Source of the DNA: Chrysemys picta bellii
Taxonomy: Eukaryota
Length of the DNA: 64,000 bases
Assembly: GCF_011386835.1 (NCBI RefSeq)
Contig: NC_088803.1
Span: forward strand, 5,518,001-5,582,000
Direction of reading: 5' to 3'
Position numbers and translations under genes: made by a program. Below are positions 48,860 to 59,109 of the stretch, piece after piece. Numbering within the stretch: position 1 is the stretch's first letter; each line of letters starts with the position of its first letter. The notes beneath the pieces were generated by a model that did no database searches, had not been told where the DNA came from, and saw only the letters and a list, made by a program, of their open reading frames with translations.

Positions 48860-50370
48860 GTCTCTAATGGGGGAGGGGAAGGAGGGGACGGGGGTCTCTA
48901 TCACGGCTGCAGGGGGAGGGGAAGGAGGGGGCAGGGGGTCTCTAATGGGGGAGGGGAAGGAGGGGACGGGGGTCTCTATCACGGCTGCAGGGGGAGGGGA
49001 AGGAGGGGGCAGGGGGTCTCTAATGGGGGCAGGGGAAGGAGGGGGCAGGGGGTCTCTATCAGGGCTGCAGGGGGAGGGGACGGAAGGGGAAAGGGTGGGG
49101 GGGGTCTATAATGGGGAGGGGAAGGAGGGGGCAGGGGGTCTGTAATGGGGCAGGGGGTCTCTATCAGGGCTGCAGGGGGAGGGGACGGAAGGGGGAAGGG
49201 CGGGGGTCTCTAATGGGGAGGGGAAGGAGGGGGCAGGGGGTCTCTAATGGAGGAGGGGAAGGAGGGGGCAGGGGGTCTCTATCAGGGCTGCAGGGGGAGG
49301 GGATGGAAGGGGGAAGGGCGGGGGTTTCTAATGGGGGAGGGGAAGGAGGGGGCAGGGGGTCTGTAATGGGGAGGGGAAGGAGGGGACAGGGGGTCTCTAT
49401 CAGGGCTGCAGGGGGAGGGGACGGAAGGGGGAAGGGCGGGGGTCTCTAATGGGGAGGGGAAGGAGGGGGCAGGGGGTCTGTAATGGAGGAGGGGAAGGAG
49501 GGGACAGGGGGTCTCTATCAGGGCTGCAGGGGGAGGGGATGGAAGGAGGGGGCAGGGGGTCTCTAATGGGGGAGGGGAAGGAGGGGGCAGGGGGTCTCTA
49601 TCACGGCTGCAGGGGGAGGGGAAGGAGGGGGCAGGGGGTCTCTAATGGGGCAGGGGAAGGAGGGGGCAGGGGGTCTCTATCAGGGCTGCAGGGGGAGGGG
49701 ACGGAAGGGGGAAGGGTGGGGGTTTCTAATGGGGGAGGGGAAGGAGGGGACGGGGGTCTCTATCACGGCTGCAGGGGGAGGGGACGGAAGGGGGAAGGGT
49801 GGGGGTTTCTAATGGGGGAAGGGAAGGAGGGGGCGGGGGTCTGTAATGGGGAGGGGAAGGAGGGGGCAGGGGGTCTCTATCAGGGCTGCAGGGGGAGGGG
49901 ACGGAAGGGGAAAGGGTGTGGGGGGGTCTATAATGGGGAGGGGAAGGAGGGGGCAGGGGGTCTGTAATGGGGCAGGGGGTCTCTATCAGGGCTGCAGGGG
50001 GAGGGGACGGAAGGGGGAAGGGCGGGGGTCTCTAATGGGGAGGGGAAGGAGGGGGCAGGGGGCCTCTAATGGAGGAGGGGAAGGAGGGGGCAGGGGGTCT
50101 CTATCAGGGCTGCAGGGGGAGGGTACAGAAGGGGAAGGGTGGGGGGTCTAATGGGGGAGGGGAAGGAGGGGGCAGGGGTCTCTAATGAAGGAGGGGAAGG
50201 AGGGGGCAGGGGGTCTCTATCAGGGCTGCAGGGGGAGGGGATGGAAGGAGGGGGCAGGGGGTCTCTAATGGGGGAGGGGAAGGAGGGGGCAGGGGGTCTC
50301 TATCAGGGCTGCAGGGGGAGGGGACGGAAGGGGGAAGGGCGGGGGTGTATAATGGGGGCAGGGGAAGGGT
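48860..50370. repeat. G-rich minisatellite downstream of DHRS4
   Basis: Repeating GGGGTCTCTAATGGGGGAGGGGAAGGAGGGGGCAGGGGGTCTCTATCAGGGCTGCAGGGGGAGGGG. Confidence 0.95.
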
Positions 50371-52508
50371 CTTTAATGAGGTGGAGAGGACGGGGGGCTA
50401 TAGTAGGTGTGTAGAAGGGGCGGGGCCTAACTGGAATCCTGCCCTCCCAGGTTATGTCCCCACCCTGTTCCCGCAAAGGGGGGCTGTGTGTTGCAGAGCG
50501 CGCCCCCCCCCATCACAGACACTCCTCCTCCGCCTCCTTCCACCTTCTCTCGGTCCCTCGCCCGGCTCTGCCTGCACAAAGCTGTTGAGTTCTCGTGTTA
50601 CCAACTCAACCCGACGGCTCAACCATTTCGCCTCCGGAGCCCAGGGATGGCGCTGGCATTTCCACGAGCGTTTTCATGCCCCTTCTGGTGACCGTTGGTC
50701 CCGTTCATGCGGAATCGCCGAAAGGGCTGAGGCACCAGACGGGCTGGTTCATTGCCTTTGTGGTTATTCATTCGGCGCTGAATTTCAGCACCAACGCTAC
50801 GGCCAACCGGGAAACGTGGTGGGTTTCCTTTCGCCTCGGCTGTGCTTGTGTAGCAAAGTTCTTCCTACAGCTACAGTTCAGGACTGGGAAAATCAAAATA
50901 AGCCAGCGTTTACCGATACGAAGGAAGACCCTGTACGTTTTATCTGTATCAGGAGGCCTCCTTTTAATCATAGTCAACTACTTCTCCATGGCTTTGGCCA
51001 ACCAACTGAAAGCGGAAGCTCATACGGCAGCAAACATGTCGCCTTCCCTCATAAACCAGCTGGCTTTGGACTGGCTCAACGGTTTCTTTCCAGACGTATG
51101 AATGTTGACTTTGGAGACTCTTCCAGTTCACCGAACGTCAAGTGAGGTTGCCAGTTAAAAAATGTACATACTGTTGTGAGATTTGTGATTGTTTTCCAGA
51201 GGGTCATCCATAGCCACCAAGCTTGCCGGGTCCTACGCCAATGTAGGGTCAATATGCCACGTTGGTGCGACCAGTCGCCATTTCTCGTAGAATACCTTTT
51301 CGTGGATAGTTATAACGTAGCGCTCGCAGACTGACGGCCTCTTGGTTTCAGTGCGGGGTGACATTCGGCGTGTCTGTCTTTAGTCAACAGGCATGTTCCA
51401 ACCATTGGTCCTCTTGTATTCGACGGTTGTGTGATACTTTCAGAGCGAATAGTTTAGGGCCAATGCTTCAAAACACTGTTGGATAAAAGTACCACATCAA
51501 GTGTTGTAGAAAAACAACAGCAAACAATTCTCTAGTGTGTCCAGACAATGTAATAAACCAACACACAAAAGCCGTTGTTGCTTTGCAGGTGCTGCTAGAA
51601 AATCTCGGCAAGTGTTCGATGCCCCGATGCTTTGGTTAATCTGATTTATTGACGATTTCTGATTGTCTTGTCTGGGAGAGACAATGCCTCGTAACCTGGA
51701 TGAGAATATCTTCACGCCAGCTCCCTTTTCCCTCTGGCCTGCTGTGCTTGTTAAACCCTTAAAAAATGAAAAACCCGCTTGATTTGCTATGAGTCAAAGT
51801 GGCGCGTTTAGCAAAAAGAACACGGAGAAGATGCCGGTTTTGACAGTGACCAAAAGTCGGCGTGTGCTTGGAGCCGTTTCTTCAGGCAACCGCGTCCGCA
51901 GCCGAATTTCACGCGGCCGCAAAGGCAAGTTTGTATCTTGTCACTGTAAAAACAGCCCCGGTTGTGGGGGTTTTACCGTCCCCCGGATTTCGCAGCTTTC
52001 TTTGCAATTTACAGGCAGAGCCAGTTGTTGGTTGGTTGTTTTTTGTGTTCTGGGCAATTGGTTTAGGCAAAACAGGCTCCTTCAGGCGGCTTTAAACATG
52101 AAGTTGTTTATTGACATCTGTTTGTATCTCCAGTGCCATTTCCCTGCGTTGGTCAATAACGTTTCCCTGCGGAGGGTTTTCGGCTCGTGCCTGGCAGCTC
52201 ACCCGCAGAACAGCTTTGGTTTGGTTCCTCCAAACGTCTGAAAAGGCTCCAACATTGTTATTTCATTCAACTTCCGCCCTGCGCCCCAGGAACGGGCCTT
52301 GTCGTTCCGTCGCCTCGGTTGCGAATGCCCAGTGCTGCTTTTCTGTGTGAACCGTTGATATGCTTAGAACCCGTCCGTCAGCGGAAGAACACGCTAACGG
52401 GGAAAGTTGGGGTAGGGGGTTCTTGGGGCTATTTCTTCAGATCAGTGTGGGGGGTTGTGGGGATCTGGTGCTTTGTACAGTTAGAAAAGGTTGGCGTCAG
52501 GGCAGAGA

Positions 52509-52688
52509 GAATCATAGAATCTCAGGGTTGGAAGGGACCTCAGGAGGTCATCTAGTCCCACCCCCTGCTCACAGCAGGACCAATCCCCAGACAGATTTTT
52601 ACCCCAGTTCCCTAAACAGCCCCCTTGAGGATTGAACTCATAGCCCTAGGTTTAGCAGGCCAACGCTCAAACCACTGAGCTATCCCTC
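52509..52688 (-). mobile_element. Tortoise Pol III/SINE (tRNA-derived head, CR1-derived tail)
   Basis: - strand GAGGGATAGCTCAGTGGTTTGAGC (A box) ... GAGTTCAATCC (B box) ... GACTAGATGACCTCCTGAGGTCCCTTCCAACCCTGAGATTCTATGATTC (CR1-type tail). Confidence 0.9.
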
Positions 52689-53452
52689 AGGTTCCTCTGT
52701 TGCCCATCACTGCTTCCCTGAGGTGTGTTTAGCTCCGATATAAAAGTGCTTTATTTCTAACCAAACAATTGTTTTCGCTGCACCAGGTAACCGCTTCAGA
52801 TAAGAAGGGTAAGCCCTGGGACTATTGGATTTGCCCCCAAATCTCTGCGCTGTCCCAAGGGTATCCTGTCTACTGGCGTCACAGACTTGCAATTCAAATG
52901 TCTCCTTACAGCAAAAGTCAACAATAGCTAATTTCCAATAAATGGACACGGCTCAAAAACTACGTTCCTTTAAGTAGAGGGAAGAGGGGAGCTGGATATA
53001 AAGGTTAAATGTAACTTTCCTTTCGGCCATTTTTCACGCCCATGCCCAGAGGTAATTTCACAAAACACAAAAAGGATGTTTGCCTAATTTACATAAACGT
53101 CGCACACACATCTACACCCATGGCCTTTCGGTTGGTGGCTTAGAAGTTGGTTTGTTTGTTAAACCTTCACGTCTTTAACGTGGTTAGGTTTGAAAAACCC
53201 GTTCATGAAGGAAAAGAGCAAAGGCGCGTGTGTTGGGGGGGACATACACTGCTTGGGTCAGAAGCGGGAACACGAGCTAGTTTGTCTTAGAAGTTAGCCT
53301 CCGTGTTTGTTTTCTAGAAAGATTTCTTGACAGCAGTTTTCCTTTAGGCCAAGCTTTCAAAAGCCAGCGAACGCTACGTCAGCGAAGGCTGGCGTACGTT
53401 TACCCAACCTTGCAGTGCATACTGACTGTCTTTTCATTCCTTCAGCCCAACA

Positions 53453-53540
53453 AGGGCGACCAGACATCCGATATCAGGGGCTTTGTCTTATATAGGTAAC
53501 TATACCCCTGCCCTGCAAAAAAAAAAGTGCCCCCGTTTTT
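53453..53540. mobile_element. hAT-Blackjack-like fragment (second copy)
   Basis: AGGGCGACCAGACATCCGATATCAGGGGCTTTGTCTTATATAGG, homologous to 36998-37064. Confidence 0.5.
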
Positions 53541-56500
53541 CCAATTTCGCTACAGAACAGCTTCTGATCGGCCCAGCCGTGGGGCCCGGTACGCTGCCCT
53601 TCTGACCTCTCTCTGCCATGTGCTCAGCGACCCGGCTTTCTTGCTGCTTGAAAACTTTCTCTCCCTTTCGTTTTTCCTCTTTCCGTGACAGGTTTTCGCT
53701 TGTCTCGGCTGCTCCCTCTCACTTCCCGTCTCATTGGTTTTCTCGAGAAAAAGACACGCATGCGTCTTTCAAAGCGCACATGGTTACCTTTCCAACTCTG
53801 CTTCAAAATAACCTACAGGTATAAAACCCATTTGTTCTATAAACGAATGTTAAAAATGCAGAACACTTACTTTGTTTAACCCCCCCAATATTTGATATTC
53901 TTATTTAAAAAAATGCATCATGCTTGCTTTTTTCTAAAAATCTCATCTCTAATACCAGTCTTTTGAAACACGCAGAACCCTTATTTTCCTAAAAATGTCA
54001 TTCCTTTATGTTAAAAAGAAGCACACAAACATTTTTTGTCACTAGAGCACTTTTAAAACTCTCTCTTTTCTGGTATTTTTCCAGTCATCATCCGCTTTAT
54101 TTTCTACTTTATCAAAAAATGCCTATGAAACTATTTTTCGCTGAAGACCTATTTTCTTTAAGCCTTCATGTGTGAACACGCACACAAACACACACACACA
54201 CACAGACACACGCACACACATATGTGACGGAGTGGGGAGTATTGACCTGGTAATGTTGCATGGGAGTTTTACTGGTTTACTGTTGGACAGTAGTAAAGAC
54301 CTCGGGCCAGTAAAAGTTCTGTAGCAGCCTCTGCCGGGTGCGCTGGATTCCTGGTGCCCTGAGAGGGGAATGTCATGGGCCCGGCACAGCAGCTGGCGGC
54401 GATACTTCTGGGGGACCACCAGCTGCCTCCGGATCACCCACGACTCCACTTCCCCTGGGGGAGCCCATTCTCGGTACAGGAATCCCTTCTCCCACAGGAA
54501 CCCCTCCCGGCAACCTCTCCTCATAGTCTGTGCTGCACTGAGGTCGGCCAGGTCCCTTAGCTTCCACAAGGAGGGATCTTTCTGCAACTCGACCTGGAAC
54601 TCAGCGGCTGGGGAGGGGATGGGGGCCTGCTCCCTGTCGCCGGCTGGGTCTGAAGCTGCAGCCTCCCTGAGCCATGTCCCTGGGCGCTCCCTCCCCACCA
54701 GGGTAGGGTCCTGTCCCTCCAGTGAGGTACCCTCCCCAATGTCAGGGCGTAGTGCCCCTGAGCGGCTCTGGCTACGGGTCACAACTAGGGTGGTCTGGGG
54801 ACTGCCCGGCCAATCTGCCAGGTCACCCCCCATCAACTCCTCAGTGGGCAAATGGTGGTGCAACACCACATCCTTGGGGCCCTCCTGGTCCCCCCATTTC
54901 AGATGTACCCTCACCACAGGCACCTTGAATGGGGTCCCGCCCACCTGTCAGGGTCAGGTAGGTATTGGCCACCATCCAATCTGGGGCCACCACCTCGGGC
55001 CGGGCCAGCGTCACCTCAGCGCCTCTGTCCCAGTATCCATTGACCTTCCTCCCATCCACCTCCAGAGAGACAAGGCACTGGCTCCGCAGGGACAGCCCCG
55101 CGCCCACCCTGTAAACAGAGAACCTTGAGTCTGGAGCATCCAGCCCCCCAAGGAGCTGGTCTGGGAAACTCCTCCCTCCTGAGCAGTTGGGAAGCTGCCA
55201 GCCCCTCTTGCCTGGGAAGCCGGCCCCTCCTCCGGCTGGGTCCCTACCCAGTTAACCCTGTGCGGGTTCGGTCTGCTCAGTCTGTCCTTGAGCTTGGTTC
55301 GTATGTGGCCTCTCTGGCCACAGCGATGGCAGCTCATGTTCCGTTGGTCCCCTCCAGTACAACCAGTTTAACCAGGTCCTTCGTCTGGGCCCCGTCTGCC
55401 CACTTGTGGACATATCCCTCCATTCGGAGGATCAGTCCTAGATATGTGACCTCAGGGGTTTGACGCAGACTCCAGAATGCCTCAGGAGTCACCCCAAACT
55501 CGCAGAGCAGGGCCTTTTTGAACAGTTCCTAGTCCCCTGCCTCCACCCCTTCCAATCGGCTGTACAGCCCCACGGCTTTGGGATCCAGTAAGGGGGTGAG
55601 AAACTGGAGCCTGTCTGCAGGGTCAACCTTGTCAGCTCGCAGGCCGTCTCAAAGGCCATCAGGAATTCATCGATGTCCTCCCCTTTCTTATGCTGGGACA
55701 GGATGCACTTATCCAAGCTCCATGTAGTCCTGGGTCCCCCCTCACTCACCGCAGAGGGGGGCTCACTGCTCCTCAACTTTGCCAGCTCCAGTTCATGCTG
55801 CCACTGTTTCTCCCGATCCTCCAGCTCTTTCAGTTGTATCTCCCTCTCCTATTCCAGCCACCTCAGCTCCAGCGATGGGGAGCTTGGCTGTGAGGATCCC
55901 CTGCTGGCGTGGGGGTCACAGTGCCCCCAGGGTTCACCTCGCTGCTTCTAGTCCCTCCCTAGTCATAGGTAGGTGGGGTCTCGGGATGCCCTCGGCAACA
56001 ATCTGACCCCTCCCAGGCGGGACAGACACCGGTGCCGGCGCTGCATCTGCCAGGCTACTTCCCTCAGGGACAGGGATCAGCTCCTCTGAGCGATCCTCCT
56101 CCTCCAATGGGCAATCAGCTGTTCTTTGGTGGACCTCCCAATGCGCAGCCCCCTCTGCCTGCACAGCTCCACCAGCTGTGGAGATGGTTATACATCTTCC
56201 CGCTGCTCCCAAGTTGCTGTGGACTCGCAGGCCCGTGTGCTCTCAGCTCCCCATGGTTTCCAGGAGGAACCCCTAGTGTGCCAGCCCTTCTCCAGGTCAC
56301 CACCTCTCTCCGGGGGTCAAGCCGCAGATGGCTCCGCCCCTGGAACCACTCGCTGCAGTCCCCAGGGGGACCCCGTTACTGCAACAGTCCTTCTCGCTGG
56401 TCACATACTCCCAGGGGTTAAGCGTAACTTCTCCGCCCCCGAAACCGCTCCTCTCTGAGCCTTCAGCACGCCTGGTCCCCGTCAATCCCCCTTCGTTTTA

Positions 56501-56550
56501 TTGCTCCCCAGTCACTTACTGCAGGAAGCACCATCCCTGGGGTGCAGCAC

Positions 56551-56568
56551 ATCCCACCGCTACTACCA
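56551..56568 (-). promoter_or_regulatory. Primer-binding site (tRNA-Leu type)
   Basis: TGGTAGTAGCGGTGGGAT, 2 nt from the LTR; 2 mismatches to the complement of the tRNA-Leu 3' end (TGGTGGCAGCGGTGGGAT). Confidence 0.7.
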
Positions 56569-56570
56569 GT

Positions 56571-57007
56571 TGTCACGGAGTGTGGGGGAGTCAGGGCCCT
56601 GCACCCCCCACTTCCTGCGATTCACCGGGACTCTCAGCCACCCAGTAAAACAGAGGGTTTATTAGACGACAGGAACACAGTCCCAAACAGAGCTCGTAGG
56701 TACAGGAAACAGGACCCCCCCAGGCAGGTTCATCTTGGGGGTGGGGAGCCCAGACCCTGATGCAGGGCCTCCCTCTGTATCCCCAGCCAGCTCCAAACTG
56801 AAACCCCCTCCAGGAGTCTCACCCCCGGCTCCTCCTCCAGCCTTTGTCCAGTTTCCCGGGCAGAAGGTGTCACCTGGCCCCATCCCCACCTTGGGCTCAG
56901 GTATCACCCTGATATCCCATCACCATGCAGCATCAATGCCGACAGCACCAGTAAAACTCCCACACAACATCCCCAGGTCAATCCGCTCCACTCCCTGCTC
57001 CGTCACA
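56571..57007 (-). mobile_element. 5' LTR (437 bp) of the Gypsy element
   Basis: TG...CA termini with inverted ends TGTGACGGAG / CTCCGTGACA; followed on the - strand by the PBS. Confidence 0.85.
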
Positions 57008-57442
57008 ACAGATACACACACACACAGCCCTCAGATTCCCCATACACATTTAAAATACTTGTTTTCCTCAATGGTCAACCCGCAGCTCCCTGCTAGCCCA
57101 GCCCTGCCCCCCCAGCACTGCTGGAACCCCTCACTCCCCAGCCCCCTAATCACCACAGTGAGCCCAGCATTGGGATGGAAGTGGGGGCTGGGAGCCAGGA
57201 CTCCTGGGTTCTGTCATGGGCGGAAAAGTGGAGTCTAGTGGTTGGTATGGGGGAAGGGATTGGGAGCCAGGACTCCTGGGTTCTCTGCCTGGCTCAGGGA
57301 CGGGTGCAGGGTCTAGTCATTATAGCAGGGGGCTGGGAGCCAGGACTCCTGGGTTCTCTCCCCAGCCCTGGGAGGGCAGCCCCTGGCCCAGGGGGCGCTG
57401 ATTGCGGTCGGTAACTGCCCTCCCCACGTCTCATCTCTCCAG

Positions 57443-59104
57443 GCCCTGGAGCGTCACAGGGGTATCGACACCCTGGTCTCCAATGTGGCCGTGAACCCGT
57501 TCTTCGGCAGCATGCTCCACACCAGCGAGGACGTGGGAACAAGGTGGGGGAGGGGGCAGAGCAGAGAGTGGAGGTTGGTGGAGAAGGGGGAGTCGTGGGG
57601 CAGAGGGGGGCTGAGATCAGAGGAGGGGGATGGGGTGAGGTGGGCTCTGTGGGAATGGGGGAGGGGCACTGGAGGAGAGGGGGCAGCTGCAGGGGGGGGA
57701 CAGAGGGGGGGAGTGTGCCATTCCCCAGGGGACAATCTGGACCGTGGAAAGGCCGCCCCACCCCCTTAATTTTCCAGTCTAGGGTTTGCACAAACTGGTT
57801 AAGTCAAACAGTTAAACCAGTCCAGTTACTAGAGAACAGAAGATTTTAAAGTGACTATTAAGTGATGAAGAACCAAGGTTGGAGTTGGCTAGAAATTAAA
57901 TAAAAGTGAAATCCACAGGCTAGGTCCTTGACTTGAGCAAGCCCAGCACGTTGAAAGTCGAACGGTTTCTCTCACCCAAACGCTTTCAGCACTCGGGAAA
58001 TTACCAGGCGAGGACCATTCCCCCCAGAACCGCAGCATGATACAGTAACAACGGGACAGCGGAATCTCATAACTTCCTGCATCGTTTGGCTACGCGTATT
58101 TCAACAGGACACTGATACTCAGCAGATTATGACTTTTCACAGGGTAACCTCCCAAGGCATACTTCGACCAGGATTGATCATAGCCCTATAAAAGTGGTGA
58201 CCATGTGGTACAGGAGCTCACAGGGAGGAGAGGGGGAAATGCAGCTGGGGGGCAGAGTGTGGGGCATGAGGAGGTCTGGGGGGTGCAGCACAGCACTGTG
58301 TGTGTGGGGAGAATCAGGACCTCTCCTGAACCCCCCCATTCTGACCCTGCAGGTGACTGTGATGGCGCTGGTGCTGCTGGTCAGCCTGGTTGTGACCCAC
58401 ATGAAGAAAGGGGTGCGAGTGTGGGGGGAACATGTGGGGGGGGAGAGGGCATGAGGGGGCACCAGGTCTCTCGTCTCTGGCCCATTCCCTCTCTCTGTGC
58501 AGGGGCGGCTCCATTGGCCTCGTTGGGTTCTCCCCCTTCCCGGGGAGACGCCCCGGCCCCAAAGGAGGGAGCTAGGGAGGGATGGAGAGGAGTGTCTGGG
58601 GGGATGGTTGGCTGGCGGGCAGACGGAGGGGGCTGGTGGGGTGGATAGGCAGCGTGGGTGGCAGTGGGTGGTCAGAGGCAGCAAGGAGTAGCTGGTGGGA
58701 CCGGGGGTGGTGGTAGGGAGGAGCGGGGCTGGCGGGGGAGCAAGCAGGAGATGGGGGGGTTGGCGGAGGGGCAGGGACTGGCTGTGCTGATACTCCCCCA
58801 GGTGCTGGGCCTGTACAGCGTCAGTAAAACGGCCCTGCCGGGGCTCACCAAGGCCCTGGCGCCCGCGACATCCACGTCAACTGCCTGGCACCAGGGATTG
58901 TACAGACCAAGCTCAGCTCGGCCATGAGTGCCGGGCGGGGCCTCACCTGGGGGCACTGCTGAGGGCGGGGCCTGATGGGGGCACTGATGGGGGAGGGGCC
59001 TCACCTGGGGGGCAGGGCAGTGACCCCCAACTCTGTATTTTCTTCCAGCTGTGGAAGGACGAGGCCGTAAAGGAGAAAATGTTGACGAACCTGAGAGTGA
59101 AGAG
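57443..59104 (+). pseudogene. DHRS4: Unprocessed partial duplicate of DHRS4 (exons 3-7 visible), inactivated
   Basis: Exon copies at 57443-57543 (1-bp deletion), 58344-58414 (acceptor AG>TG, donor GT>GC), 58503-58542 (12-bp deletion removing SSIA, donor GT>GG), 58802-58923 (13-bp deletion, donor GT>AT) and 59049-59104 (donor lost). Flanking introns are homologous to the intact gene. Confidence 0.9.
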
Positions 59105-59109
59105 TCTCC

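Larger units (their letters stand above)
54223..57007 (-). mobile_element. Decayed, truncated Gypsy (Gmr1-like) LTR retrotransposon: LTR-PBS-gag-protease-integrase N-terminus
   Basis: Frameshifted - strand peptides: LVELCRQRGLRIGRSTKEQLIA (gag N-terminus, ATG 56195), KKGEDIDEFLMAFETACEL (SCAN-like capsid), CHRCGQRGH (zinc knuckle), YWDRGAEVTL (aspartic protease) and RQLVVPQKYRRQLLCRAHDIPLSGHQ (integrase Zn domain). Integrase directly after protease is the Gmr1 order. No RT is present. Confidence 0.9.

Noticed and set aside
50960-51640. Resemblance to Maverick/Polinton packaging ATPase motifs (RIVxCxx, xxMDD, IFLTGNL, HG..D.K)
   Set aside because: The motifs fall in different frames with wrong spacing and there is no clear Walker A. 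This is probably pattern over-reading; a profile search is needed.
52600-52688. Functional tRNA gene
   Set aside because: The tRNA-like part is the head of a SINE fused to a CR1-derived tail. The 8330-9960 units also lack a canonical B box.
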